DNA of 64,000 bases from Longimicrobiales bacterium (GTDB taxonomy: Bacteria; Gemmatimonadota; Gemmatimonadetes; Longimicrobiales; Gaopeijiaceae): assembly GCA_965203485.1 (NCBI GenBank), contig OZ241892.1:1376001-1440000 (forward strand), given 5' to 3'. This document shows, piece after piece, positions 29,691 through 39,771 of this stretch. Below the pieces are notes generated by a model that ran no database searches, was not told where the DNA came from, and worked only from the letters and a program-made list of their open reading frames with translations. The position numbers were made by a program, and so were the translations under genes. The stretch's first letter is position 1. The number at the start of each line of letters is the position of its first letter.

Positions 29691-31202
29691 ATGAGCGCCG
29701 TGAGGTCGCCGGGCCAAGGCATGACGGGCCGGGCCGAGCACCAGCCCGGCCCGCGCCTGTACGAGGCGATGAACATCCTGGCGATGCCCATGGAGGAGGT
29801 GGAGGCTCGCGTTCAAGATGAGCTGTCGGCCAATCCGCTGCTCGAGGCCGAGGACGCCGGAGACGAGTACGACGAAGAGGAGAGGGACGACGACGAGGAC
29901 GAGGAGATCGAGGATCCGGAGGACGAGACGTTCGACTGGGACGACGCCTTCTTCGACGATGCGGACGCGCCGCCCGAGCGCGGGGTCCACGAGGCTCCCG
30001 ACTACCGGCAGTCCACGGTGGCCGTGACGCGAGGACTCCACGATCACCTGGAAGACCAGATCGGCCTGTTGCGCCTTGACGACCGGCAGACTGCGGTCGC
30101 GGGGGAGATCGTCGGCAACATCGACGACGACGGTTTTCTCGTCTGCACGGTCGGAGTCGTGGCGGACAGCTTGGCCGACCTGTTCCAGCCGGAGAGTGTG
30201 CAGGCATTGGAGCGCCGGGAGGGCGGGAAGGACGGCGCCTGCTCGGAGACGGAGACGGACCGCTTGGCGTTTGCGTTGGCCGAGGAGGCGTGCGAGGAGG
30301 TCGAGTCGGTCCTGCGGATCGTGCAGTCGCTCGACCCGGCCGGGGTGGGTGCGCGCGACCTGCCGGAGTGCCTAAGCATTCAATTGCGCCGGTCCGGCGC
30401 CGCGGGAACGCTGGCCGCCACGATCGTCGACCGGCGCTTCGACGCGTTCGTGGAGCGGCGTTGGACCGAGATTGCGGCGTCGCTCGGGGTCCCCCTCGCG
30501 GAAGTTGAGGAAGCAGCCCGCGAAATCGCCAAGCTGGAGCCCAAGCCGGGTAGGCGGCACGACGCCGGGGCGGAGCGCTACGTCGTGCCCGACCTCGTGC
30601 TGGAGCATGCCGCCGGCGAGTACCGGGTCTACGCCAACGATGCCGGCCGTCCGCGTCTTCGCCTGGCCCGCTCGTACGTGGAGGCGGCGGAGCAGGGCCG
30701 CCTGACGGACGAGAACAAGGAGTTCGTGGCGGAGAGGATGGCGGCGGCGACCTGGTTCCTCCAGGCCATCGAGCAACGGCGCAGGACCATCATCGAGCTG
30801 ATGGAGTTCATCGTCGACCGGCAACGCGCCTTCTTCGACAAGGGCGTTCGGCATCTGGCGCCGCTCACCATGCGCGAAGCAGCGGACGGGATCGGCGTGG
30901 CGGAGTCGACGATCTCGCGCGCGGTCAACGGAAAGTACGTTCAGTCGCCTTCGGGCGTGCACTCCCTTCGGTATTTTTTCTCCGGCGGCTTCAAGACGAT
31001 CTCCGGCGAGCCCGTGTCCGGTCGCGCGATCGAGGCCTGCATCGAGAAGCTGGTGGAGGACGAGGACCCCAAGCGCCCCTTGACCGACGAGGCAATCATG
31101 ACGCTCCTGAAGAGCGAAGGGATCAAGATCGCCCGCCGCACCGTGGCGAAGTACAGGGACTCGCTCGGCATCGCGAGCGCCCGCATGCGCGAACGCCCGT
31201 AG
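29691..31202 (+). CDS. rpoN: RNA polymerase sigma-54 factor
   Basis: NPLLE, DPAGVGARDL.ECL.IQL, ESTISRA..GKY, RpoN box ARRTVAKYR. Confidence 0.96.
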   Translation: MSAVRSPGQGMTGRAEHQPGPRLYEAMNILAMPMEEVEARVQDELSANPLLEAEDAGDEYDEEERDDDEDEEIEDPEDETFDWDDAFFDDADAPPERGVHEAPDYRQSTVAVTRGLHDHLEDQIGLLRLDDRQTAVAGEIVGNIDDDGFLVCTVGVVADSLADLFQPESVQALERREGGKDGACSETETDRLAFALAEEACEEVESVLRIVQSLDPAGVGARDLPECLSIQLRRSGAAGTLAATIVDRRFDAFVERRWTEIAASLGVPLAEVEEAAREIAKLEPKPGRRHDAGAERYVVPDLVLEHAAGEYRVYANDAGRPRLRLARSYVEAAEQGRLTDENKEFVAERMAAATWFLQAIEQRRRTIIELMEFIVDRQRAFFDKGVRHLAPLTMREAADGIGVAESTISRAVNGKYVQSPSGVHSLRYFFSGGFKTISGEPVSGRAIEACIEKLVEDEDPKRPLTDEAIMTLLKSEGIKIARRTVAKYRDSLGIASARMRERP

Positions 31203-31246
31203 CGCTGGACCAGCCCTCGGAGACCCGCCGCCCCTTGCTTGTTCGC

Positions 31247-32371
31247 ATGCCCGCCGAGAACGCCCCGGACCGTGCCGGCGGCGCCGGCGCCCGGGAGGTT
31301 CCGGCGCGTCGGGCCTACGACGACTTCGCTCTCGTGGTGCCCGCCTACGACGAAGAGCCGAACATGGCCGAGCTGATACGCCAGCTCCGGGCAACGTTCG
31401 CCGAGTTCCGGTTGGGCGGCGACGTGATCATCGTCGACGACGGGTCCACGGACGGCACGGCCCGGCGCGCGGAAGAAGTCTCTGCGGGCTGGGCCAGGCT
31501 GCGGGTCCTGCGCCATCGCGCCAACATGGGCAAGACCGAAGCTCTGCTCACGGCCGCCGCCGCGACCGACAAGAAGTATATCGTGCTCTTCGACGCCGAT
31601 CTTCAGCACCTTCCGCAAGAGATCCCTCGTTTTCTCGACAAGCTCGACGAGGGCTGGGACATCGTCACGGCGCGCAAGGTGGGCGCGTACGACAAGCGGG
31701 CCGTCTCTTCGATCTACAACGCGCTGAGCCGCCGCGTCTTTGCGGTGCCCGTGAGCGACCTCAACTCGATGAAGGCGTTTCGGGCGGACATTCTGGACAT
31801 GGTGCGGCTCCGCCACGACTGGCACCGCTTCTTCGTGGTGATGGCCTACGCGGCCGGCTGCAGCGCGACGGAGATCGACGTCGACCTGCATCCGCGGATG
31901 GCCGGCAAGTCGAAGTACTCCGGCACGGGACGCATCTTCGTCGGCCTGCTGGACTTGGCGGCGGTCTGGTTCCAGGTCCGGCTGTCCCGCAAGCCGATGC
32001 TCGCGTTCGGGATTCCCGGACTGACGTTCGTGCTGGCCGGCGTTGCCGTGGGCTTGGCGGCGTCCTACCTGCGCTTCGTCGCCGGAGTGGGGTACCGGCC
32101 GCTCATCTACTTGGTCATGCTGCTCGTGACCGTCGGAACGCTGTGCTTCGTGGCGGGCTTTCTCGGCGAGATGGTGGCGTCCGCCGTCGAGCGAGTCGGG
32201 GCTCCCGATCCCGCCGCGGCCTCGCGGGCCCGGCGGGGCGTCGGCGCCACGGGGCCGTCGGCCCGGCTCTCGTCAAGGCCGCAAGTCCCGTCGGTCGAGC
32301 GCCAAGCGCACCCGCCGGAGCGGCGGGAAGGCGCGAGCGCAACGCGGCGGGACCCGCAGGATACGGGCTGA
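31247..32371 (+). CDS. GT2 glycosyltransferase (ArnC/GtrB-like, undecaprenyl-phosphate acceptor)
   Basis: VVPAYDEE, VDDGSTDGT, DADLQH, HPR.AG.SKY, two C-terminal TM helices. Confidence 0.9.
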   Translation: MPAENAPDRAGGAGAREVPARRAYDDFALVVPAYDEEPNMAELIRQLRATFAEFRLGGDVIIVDDGSTDGTARRAEEVSAGWARLRVLRHRANMGKTEALLTAAAATDKKYIVLFDADLQHLPQEIPRFLDKLDEGWDIVTARKVGAYDKRAVSSIYNALSRRVFAVPVSDLNSMKAFRADILDMVRLRHDWHRFFVVMAYAAGCSATEIDVDLHPRMAGKSKYSGTGRIFVGLLDLAAVWFQVRLSRKPMLAFGIPGLTFVLAGVAVGLAASYLRFVAGVGYRPLIYLVMLLVTVGTLCFVAGFLGEMVASAVERVGAPDPAAASRARRGVGATGPSARLSSRPQVPSVERQAHPPERREGASATRRDPQDTG

Positions 32372-32397
32372 GTCGCCCGGCGCCCCGGAACCTCTGC

Positions 32398-33549
32398 GTG
32401 CCCGCCCCCCGCGTCCTCAGCGTGATCGGCACGCGCCCCGAAGCCATCAAGATGCTCCCGGTCGTGCGCGCGCTGGAGGAGCGAGGCGGGACCGAACACC
32501 GGGTGGCGCTCACGGGACAGCACCAGATGGCCGCGGGAATCCTGGAGGCGTTTGGCGTCGAGCGGCATTACGACCTCGACATCATGACGCCGGGTCAAGC
32601 GTTGCGCGACGTGGGTCCGCGCTGCCTCGACCGCGTGGGCCGCGTCGTCGCGGAGTTCGCTCCCGACGTCGCGATCGTGCAGGGCGACACCGCGACGGTC
32701 TTCTTCGCGGGCGTCGCCGCGTTCTTCGAGCGCGCGCGCCTGGCGCACGTCGAGGCCGGGCTGAGGAGCGGCCGCAAGTGGTCGCCGTTTCCCGAGGAAA
32801 TGCTTCGTCGCATGACCGACGCCGTGTCGGACTTTTGCTTCGCCCCCACGGCGGAGGCGGCCGAGAACCTGGGCCGCGAAGGCGTCTCGAGCGAGCGCGT
32901 GTTCGTCACGGGCAACACCGTGGTGGACGCGATGCAGGCGATGCGGGCGCACCCCGCGCCGGTGCGGGACCGGCAGGTGGCGTGGCTGTTGGCGCGGGCC
33001 GAGGCCGGCGGGCGCTTGGTTCTCTTGACCGCGCACCGGCGCGAGTCGTTCGGGCAGCCGCTGGAATCCGTCTTCGAGGCGGCGGCCGAGCTTGCGCTTC
33101 GCCACGAAGACGTGGCCGTGCTGTACCCGGTGCACCCCAATCCCAACGTTCTGAAGCCGGCGCGGCGCATCTTGAGCGACCGCCCGCGCGTGCACCTGAC
33201 CGGGCCGCTGGCGTACGGCGACCTTCTGCGCGCGCTGGGGCTCGCGGACTTGGTGCTGACGGACTCGGGCGGGATACAGGAGGAGGCATGCGCATTCGGC
33301 GTGCACGTGCTCGTGCTGCGCGAAGTGACCGAGCGCCCGGAAGGAGTGCGGGCCGGGGTGGCCACGCTCGTCGGCACGGACAAGGACGCGATCCTCGCCG
33401 AGGCCGGCCGGCGGCTGGCCCAAGAACGGCCGCGGCACACGGCCGCCAACCCCTACGGAGACGGGCGCGCGGGGAAGCGCATCGCCGACGTGCTGCTCTC
33501 CTCGCTGCTGGGAACGCCGCGCCGGACGCAGGACTGGGAGGGGCCGTGA
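32398..33549 (+). CDS. wecB: UDP-N-acetylglucosamine 2-epimerase (non-hydrolysing)
   Basis: GTRPEAIKM, TGQH, VQGDT, HVEAGLRS, PFPEE, TAHRRE, TDSGGIQEE, NPYGDG. Confidence 0.95.
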   Translation: MPAPRVLSVIGTRPEAIKMLPVVRALEERGGTEHRVALTGQHQMAAGILEAFGVERHYDLDIMTPGQALRDVGPRCLDRVGRVVAEFAPDVAIVQGDTATVFFAGVAAFFERARLAHVEAGLRSGRKWSPFPEEMLRRMTDAVSDFCFAPTAEAAENLGREGVSSERVFVTGNTVVDAMQAMRAHPAPVRDRQVAWLLARAEAGGRLVLLTAHRRESFGQPLESVFEAAAELALRHEDVAVLYPVHPNPNVLKPARRILSDRPRVHLTGPLAYGDLLRALGLADLVLTDSGGIQEEACAFGVHVLVLREVTERPEGVRAGVATLVGTDKDAILAEAGRRLAQERPRHTAANPYGDGRAGKRIADVLLSSLLGTPRRTQDWEGP

Positions 33550-34697
33550 ACGTCGTCGTCCACTGCGTCTACTTTCCGCCGGAGGTGGGGGGACTCGAGA
33601 GCCACGTGCACTACCTTTGCCGGCGGCTCGCGGCGATGGGCCACGACGTCTCGGTGGTCACGTCTCTGTCGCGGCCGGGCCTGCCGGAGCGCGAGGACGT
33701 GGACGGCGTCCGCGTCCACAGGACGCCGTTGCCCTCGCGAACGCCTGCGGGATGGTTCGCCCATGCGGTGCGCTCGACGCCCGCGACGCGCGCCTTGGTG
33801 GACCGCGCCGACGTCGTGCACGCCCAGGCGTTCCCGTCGATCCTGCCGTGCGCGCTGGCGCTGGCGGGACGAAGCGCGCCCCTGGTGGCAACCCTGCACA
33901 CCTCGCACTTCCTTCGTCTCTGCGAGCGCCGCCTCGCCAAGTGGCCGTTGGGAAGGCTGATCGGCTTGGCCGACCACTGCTTCGCCGCGAGCGGCGAAAT
34001 CGCCCGGGCGGGCGAAGCGCTCAACCCGGCGGTCCGCGTCGAGCCGCTGACGAACGGCGTGGAGACGACCGTGTTCCGTCCAGCGGAGGCCGCTCGCGGC
34101 GGGTCGGCTCGCGGCGGAGACGAAGGCCGGTCGCGGAAGCGCCTCGTCGTGCCGCGAAGGTTGTTCGCCAAGAACGGCGTGGAGTACCTTGTGCGGGCCA
34201 TGCCGTCCATCGTTTCCCGCTCGGACGCCGAGGCGGTTGTCATCGGCGACGGCCCGGAGGGCCCCCGGTTGCGGGAGCTTGCGCGCGAACTCGGAGCGGC
34301 CGACCGGATCGAGTTCCTCGGCGCGCGTCCGCACGAGGAGATGCCGAGCCTTCTCGCCGACGCGGACTTGGCCGTTTTCCCCTCGCTCATGGAGGCGACC
34401 TCGGTCGCCGCACTCGAGGCGATGGCCTGCGGCGTGCCGGTCGCGGCGAGCGCGGTCGGAGGCCTGCCCGAGATCGTGGACGACGACGTCGGGGGCTTGT
34501 TCCCGCCTCGCGATCCGGATGCGCTTGCCGCGACCGTGACCGCGCTTCTAGCGGATCCGGGGTTGTCGGCGCGCGGCGCCCGTGCGAGGCGGCGCGTCGT
34601 GGAACGATGGAGCAACGCGCGCTTGGCGGAGCGCCACGTCGCGGTGTACGAGGCGCTGGCGGGGCGGGGCGCCGCGTCCGGGCGACGCCCGCAATGA
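33546..34697 (+). CDS. GT4 glycosyltransferase
   Basis: YFPPEVGGLE, NGV, KNG..YL, GDGP, PSLMEATSVAALEAMACG.PV..SAVGG.PE. Confidence 0.92.
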   Translation: MNVVVHCVYFPPEVGGLESHVHYLCRRLAAMGHDVSVVTSLSRPGLPEREDVDGVRVHRTPLPSRTPAGWFAHAVRSTPATRALVDRADVVHAQAFPSILPCALALAGRSAPLVATLHTSHFLRLCERRLAKWPLGRLIGLADHCFAASGEIARAGEALNPAVRVEPLTNGVETTVFRPAEAARGGSARGGDEGRSRKRLVVPRRLFAKNGVEYLVRAMPSIVSRSDAEAVVIGDGPEGPRLRELARELGAADRIEFLGARPHEEMPSLLADADLAVFPSLMEATSVAALEAMACGVPVAASAVGGLPEIVDDDVGGLFPPRDPDALAATVTALLADPGLSARGARARRRVVERWSNARLAERHVAVYEALAGRGAASGRRPQ

Positions 34698-35425
34698 GCG
34701 GCCAGTCCAGCGTGCTCGTCGTCGTTCCCACCTACAACGAGCGCGAAAACCTCCCCCGCGTGGCGCCCCGCGTCCTGGAGCAGGGAGCCCGCTTCCACAT
34801 GCTGGTCGTGGACGACGCCTCGCCCGACGGGACAGGCGCGGTCGCGGACCGTCTTGCGGCGGAGAGCGAGCGCGTGCACGTGCTGCACCGCGACGGCAAG
34901 CTGGGCGTGGGACCTGCGTACGTGGCCGGCTTCGGCTGGGGGCTGGCCAAGCGATTCGGAGCGCTGCTGCAAATGGACGCGGACCTGTCCCACCCTCCAG
35001 AGAAGCTGCCCGAACTCGCCCGCGTGTGCGACGCAACCGGCGTGGCCGTGGGCTCCCGCTACCAGGGCGCCCGCATGACCGTGAAGGACTGGCCGTTGAG
35101 CCGTGTGCTGGTCAGTCGGTGCGGATCCTGGTACGCGCGCCTCGCAACGGGGTTGCCCGTGCGCGACGCGACGGGCGGATTCAACGGCTTCCGGCGCGAC
35201 GTGCTCGAGAAGATCGGCATCGACGGGATCCGATCGAGCGGATACTGCTTTCAGATCGAGCTCAAGTACCGCGCTTGGCGCGCCGGCTTCCAGTTGGGCG
35301 AGGTCCCCTTCGTGTTCGAAGAGCGGCGGGCGGGCAAGTCGAAGATGTCGAAGCGAATCGTCGCCGAGGCGGCGTGGCGGGTCTGGCAACTCCGTTTTCT
35401 GGCCGTGACGGGAAGATTGCAGTGA
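34694..35425 (+). CDS. Polyprenol monophosphomannose synthase (Dpm1-like GT2)
   Basis: VPTYNERENL, VDDASPDGTG, QMDADLSH, GSRY, DATGGF, GYCFQIE, F.ERR.G.SKMS. Confidence 0.93.
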   Translation: MSGQSSVLVVVPTYNERENLPRVAPRVLEQGARFHMLVVDDASPDGTGAVADRLAAESERVHVLHRDGKLGVGPAYVAGFGWGLAKRFGALLQMDADLSHPPEKLPELARVCDATGVAVGSRYQGARMTVKDWPLSRVLVSRCGSWYARLATGLPVRDATGGFNGFRRDVLEKIGIDGIRSSGYCFQIELKYRAWRAGFQLGEVPFVFEERRAGKSKMSKRIVAEAAWRVWQLRFLAVTGRLQ

Positions 35426-35635
35426 CGGCCGCGACCCGGCCCGGCATGCGTTCGCGTGGCGCGACTTGCGGTGCGTGGCCCGGCGGAAAGACTGCGGCCG
35501 AACGCTCCGGCGACGTTGGCCTGTCGTTGCGGCTCCGCGCGCGCCGGTGCGCCCGCTCGGCTTGGCGATCGATTCGTCCGCCCCAGCGCCGGCGCAGCCA
35601 CGTGGGTTTGCACGGCTGCACGACGTAGAGGAACC

Positions 35636-36256
35636 GTGGCGCTTGCGCACCTGTGCTACCGCTGTCCCTGTTGCGGGCGCGACCCCACGACGGGCAAGGG
35701 CAACCGTGTGCGTTGCGGGGCTTGCGGCGCCAGGGTGGAGCGCAGGGGCGGACGGTTGTTGCTCGCGCCGCCCGCGCCGGCGCGGCCGCGCCAAGTGACG
35801 GCGGCGTTCCTCGCCCGCGAGATCGAGGGCCACGGGGGGCCCATGACCCGGGCCACGCGGCCCGACGGCTCGGTGCGGTACTCGGCGAGCGCGCGGATCT
35901 CGTGGCGAGCCGGCCAACGCGCCGTCCGATGGAAGGGTCGGCTCCTGGGTTTCGCGGAGTCCACGGGCAAGGCACGGAGCGGCGTCGTCACGGCTGGGTC
36001 CCGCTCCATCGCCGTCGAGGACCCCGTCGGCGTCGTCCTCGCGGACTACCTGGACATCCGGGCCCTGCAGGGCACGTCGGCGTGCATTCAGATCGCGCTG
36101 TCCGGCGACCGGCTTGTCGAAGCCCGGTTCGACGCGGACTCTCCCAGGCGCTGGGAATCGCTTCTGCGCCGGATGATCCGCGACGCCTACGCGCGCGCGG
36201 GCTTGGGCGCCGTCGTCGAGTTTCAGCCGCGCGTCTCGGCGAAGCGGTCGGCATGA
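35636..36256 (+). CDS. Zinc-ribbon hypothetical protein
   Basis: GTG after AGAGGA, LCYRCPCC...GNRVRCGACG, then a beta-rich domain. ATGA overlap with the acyltransferase gene. Confidence 0.65.
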   Translation: MALAHLCYRCPCCGRDPTTGKGNRVRCGACGARVERRGGRLLLAPPAPARPRQVTAAFLAREIEGHGGPMTRATRPDGSVRYSASARISWRAGQRAVRWKGRLLGFAESTGKARSGVVTAGSRSIAVEDPVGVVLADYLDIRALQGTSACIQIALSGDRLVEARFDADSPRRWESLLRRMIRDAYARAGLGAVVEFQPRVSAKRSA

Positions 36257-37416
36257 GGCCCTCGAAGCCGTCCACGCCGAGCCCCACGGGCGCGCCCCCC
36301 GGCGGCCGCCGCCCACGCCGCCGAGGCCGGAGGCCGCCGCGGCCGCACCGCGGCTTGCTGGGCAAGCTCGTGATGGACAAGACGGTGGCTCGCGAGGGCG
36401 GCCGCTCTCGCCCCGGTCGCCCCCGAACCCGGCCCGGCGGCGCCCCCAGGAGGAGTCCGCTGCGTGGATCCGCCGTGCGCCGGCTCGCCGCAACCAAACG
36501 CCGCTTCCCCCGCATCCGCTCGGCCGACGTCCTCGCAGGCATCAAAGCGGCCAACGCCCGCATCCTGATCCGCGCGCGCCGCCGCCTCGCCGGACGTGGC
36601 CGCCCCCGCGGCGTGTCGCACCCGCCTTCGGCGGGGCTGGGACGAGCGCCGCAGCGGGATCGCCGCCGGCCCGGCGCCGGCCGCACGGGCGCCGCACGCC
36701 CTCGAGACACGGCGGAGGCGGGGCGCCCGGTCTTCGGCCCGCCGCTTCGCCACGCCGCCCGTCGCCCGCGGGCCCTCACGTGGTACTCGGTCTTCCGCGG
36801 CGCGGGCAAGGTGGTCGCCGCCGCGTTGACCCGGCTGGAGGTCGAAGGCGCGGAACACGTGCCGGCCGCAGGACCGTTCTTCTTGATCGCCAACCACGGC
36901 AGCGCGCTCGATCCCGTCTTGGTGCAGAGCAGTTGCCCGCGTTCGGTGCACTCGCTTGCCAAGAGCACTCAGTTCTCGAGTCCGCTCAGCGCGTGGGCGT
37001 TGCCCCGCGCCAACGCCGTTCCGGCACGCCGCCACCGAGTCGACCCCCAAGTGGTCCGCACGGTGCTTCGCTTGCTCGCAGACGGGAAGGGGGTGTGCAT
37101 CTACCCCGAAGGCGAGCGAAGCTGGGACGGGACGCTCCAGCCCCTCAGGCGCGGCACCGTTCGTCTGATCCTCAAGGTCGGCGTGCCGGTCGTTCCGTGC
37201 GGCGTCGCGGGTTCGTTCGACGCTTGGCCGCGGTGGAGCGCCGCGCCGTCGCGAATTCCGGTGACCGTCCGGTTTGGTCCTCCGATGCGGTTCGGAGTTC
37301 ACCACGGCCGCGACGAGCGCGAGCGCGCCCTGGACGAAACGAGCCGCAGACTGGCGCAGGCCCTCCGCCGCCTCAGCCGGGGCGCAGGCGCGCAACCGAA
37401 GCGGGTTCAGCCATGA
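36253..37416 (+). CDS. 1-acyl-sn-glycerol-3-phosphate acyltransferase (PlsC-like) with an Arg/Pro-rich N-terminal extension
   Basis: VEGAEHVP, ANHGSALDP (HxxxxD), IYPEGERS, VPVVP. Start uncertain. Confidence 0.88.
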   Translation: MRPSKPSTPSPTGAPPGGRRPRRRGRRPPRPHRGLLGKLVMDKTVAREGGRSRPGRPRTRPGGAPRRSPLRGSAVRRLAATKRRFPRIRSADVLAGIKAANARILIRARRRLAGRGRPRGVSHPPSAGLGRAPQRDRRRPGAGRTGAARPRDTAEAGRPVFGPPLRHAARRPRALTWYSVFRGAGKVVAAALTRLEVEGAEHVPAAGPFFLIANHGSALDPVLVQSSCPRSVHSLAKSTQFSSPLSAWALPRANAVPARRHRVDPQVVRTVLRLLADGKGVCIYPEGERSWDGTLQPLRRGTVRLILKVGVPVVPCGVAGSFDAWPRWSAAPSRIPVTVRFGPPMRFGVHHGRDERERALDETSRRLAQALRRLSRGAGAQPKRVQP

Positions 37417-37639
37417 GGACGCCATCGCAGTAGGGACCGATTCGCGGTCCGGGAGAATTCCGCCGAAACCACCACGATTTGCTTGGCCGTCGGACCGACG
37501 CCCGCCGACCGGCCTTCACGAACCGCGAAGCGGACCGGCGCGCCCTGGATGAAACCCGTCCGGGGGAGGCCGGGCGTGCATTCCGGCTTCGCACCCGGCC
37601 CGCGCGGTCTGGACGAGACCCCGTCGCGTCGCAATACTC

Positions 37640-38572
37640 ATGGGCATGCGCTCGATCCTTCTTTGGGCTTCGGAGAACGAGTGGTGCGGGCGGCGACTCC
37701 CGCGCTACCGCTTTGTCAAGCGCGCCGTTCGCCGCTTCATGCCCGGCGAAACGCTGGACGACGCGCTTGGCGCAGCGGCCGAACTGGCTCGCAGGCGGCG
37801 CATCCCGGCTCTCGTCAGCCTCCTGGGCGAGAACGTGAGCCGGGCCGCGGACGCGCAGGCCGTCTCCCGCCATTACGCCGACGCGGCCACGGCCATCGCC
37901 TCGCGGGGCCTGGACGCCGAGGTTTCGCTCAAGCCCACGCATCTGGGGCTGGACATCGGCGCCGACGCGGCCCGCATCAACATCGGGCGCGTCGTCGCGG
38001 CCGCGGCGTCCCGCGGCACGTGGGTGTGGCTGGACATGGAGTACAGCCGGTACGTGGATCCGACGATCGACCTCTACCGGACGCTCCGCGCGGAACACCC
38101 CAACGTCGGCATCTGTCTCCAAGCGTACCTCCATCGGACGCGCGCCGACGTCGAAGCGCTGTTGCCCATGGGCCCAGCGATTCGGCTCGTGAAGGGCGCC
38201 TACGCCGAACCGCCGGACGTGGCCATGGCCCGAAAAGAGGACGTGGACGCGGCGTTCTACGAGCTGGCCTTGCGAATGCTGTCCGCGGACGCCAAGCGCG
38301 CCGGGTTGCGTGCCCGTTTCGCGACGCACGACGGCAAGCTCATTCGCAGGATCGACCGCTGGGTGGACCAGAACGGCGGCGACTGGAGCGCCTTCGAGTA
38401 CCAGATGCTCTACGGCATCGCCACCGCCGAACAGAATCGCTTGGCCGAAGAAGGGAAGGGCGTGCGGGTCCTCGTCAGCTACGGGCGCGACTGGTTCCCC
38501 TGGTACGCGCGTCGTCTGGCAGAGCGTCCGGCCAACATGTGGTTCGTGCTCAGGCACATGGTCCCGGTGTGA
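37640..38572 (+). CDS. Monofunctional proline dehydrogenase
   Basis: RFMPGETL, LGE, SLKPTHLG, LDME, LQAYL.RT, RLVKGAY.EP, ATHD, QMLYGI, RRLAERPAN. Confidence 0.94.
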   Translation: MGMRSILLWASENEWCGRRLPRYRFVKRAVRRFMPGETLDDALGAAAELARRRRIPALVSLLGENVSRAADAQAVSRHYADAATAIASRGLDAEVSLKPTHLGLDIGADAARINIGRVVAAAASRGTWVWLDMEYSRYVDPTIDLYRTLRAEHPNVGICLQAYLHRTRADVEALLPMGPAIRLVKGAYAEPPDVAMARKEDVDAAFYELALRMLSADAKRAGLRARFATHDGKLIRRIDRWVDQNGGDWSAFEYQMLYGIATAEQNRLAEEGKGVRVLVSYGRDWFPWYARRLAERPANMWFVLRHMVPV

Positions 38573-39771
38573 CGCGCGCGCGCCCCGCGATCCGGCGGAG
38601 GCGGCGAACGGGCAGACCGGCTGGGCCGAGGCTGCTTCCGCTCGGGCTCGCGCTGGGCCTCGCGCTCACGAGCGGGCCTCGAGACGCGACGGCCGCGCTT
38701 CCGGCGGCATCCGCGCAGGCCCGAAGCCAAGCCGCGAAGGTCGAGGCGGCCGCCCACGGCCCGCGCGCCGAATCGATCCGCGCGGCTCGCCGACTGCTCG
38801 ACTCGATCATGGCCGCCGCATCGATCCCGGGACTGTCGGTCGCGGTGGGGAGAGAATCCGAAGTCCTTTGGTCGCAAGGACTTGGGTTCTCCGATCTAAC
38901 GCATGGCGTCATGGCAACGCCGCTAACCAAGTTCCGCGTGGGCAGCGTGTCCAAGCCGATGACGGCGGCAGCCGTTGCTCGCTTGGTGGAAGCCGGCGTC
39001 TTGGATCTCGATGCGCCCGTCCAGACTTACGTGCCTTCGTTTCCCGCGAAGCGCTGGGCGGTGACGACCCGCCAGCTGGCGGGCCACTTGGCGGGCATTC
39101 GCCACTACCGCGGCGCCGAGAACTTCTCGGCAGTGCGGTATCCGACGGTCGCCGCTGGACTAGCGATCTTCGCGGACGACTCCCTGGAGAGCGAGCCGGG
39201 CGTCCGCTTCTCCTACTCGAGCTACGGCTGGAACTTGGTGAGCGCAGTCGTCGAGGGCGCGAGCGGAACGCCGTTCCTGCCATTCATGGACAGCGTGGTG
39301 TTCCGCCCATTGGGCATGCGCCACACGACCGCCGGCCACACCGACAGCATCGTGCCGCACCGGACCCGCTTCTACGTGCGCGGCGAGAACGGCCGCGTCT
39401 TCAACGCGCCCCATGTCGACAACAGCTACAAGTGGGCCGGCGGCGGATTCCTATCGACGCCCGAGGACCTGCTTCGCTTTGCAAGCGCCCACTACGAGCC
39501 GGGCTATCTCGGGGCAGAGACCCTGGAGTTGCTCTTCACGTCTCAGCGCCTCCGCAACGGCGAGGAGACCGGCTACGCCCTCGGCTGGCGGACCGGCCGC
39601 AACGAACTCGGCCAGGAGGTCGTCGGCCACAGCGGCGGCTCCGTCGGCGGCACCACGATACTCACCCTGAATCGAGACACCGGCCTGATCGTCGCCGTGG
39701 TCGCCAACCTGTCGAGCGCCCCCGTGGACGCGGCGCTCGCCGCCAGGCTGGAAGCGCTCTTCGCCGGGTAA
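38569..39771 (+). CDS. Serine hydrolase, beta-lactamase/AmpC family
   Basis: IPGLSVAV, FRVGSVSK (SxxK), LDLDAPV..Y.P, YSSYG, HSGG. Signal-like N-terminus. Confidence 0.9.
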   Translation: MTRARPAIRRRRRTGRPAGPRLLPLGLALGLALTSGPRDATAALPAASAQARSQAAKVEAAAHGPRAESIRAARRLLDSIMAAASIPGLSVAVGRESEVLWSQGLGFSDLTHGVMATPLTKFRVGSVSKPMTAAAVARLVEAGVLDLDAPVQTYVPSFPAKRWAVTTRQLAGHLAGIRHYRGAENFSAVRYPTVAAGLAIFADDSLESEPGVRFSYSSYGWNLVSAVVEGASGTPFLPFMDSVVFRPLGMRHTTAGHTDSIVPHRTRFYVRGENGRVFNAPHVDNSYKWAGGGFLSTPEDLLRFASAHYEPGYLGAETLELLFTSQRLRNGEETGYALGWRTGRNELGQEVVGHSGGSVGGTTILTLNRDTGLIVAVVANLSSAPVDAALAARLEALFAG

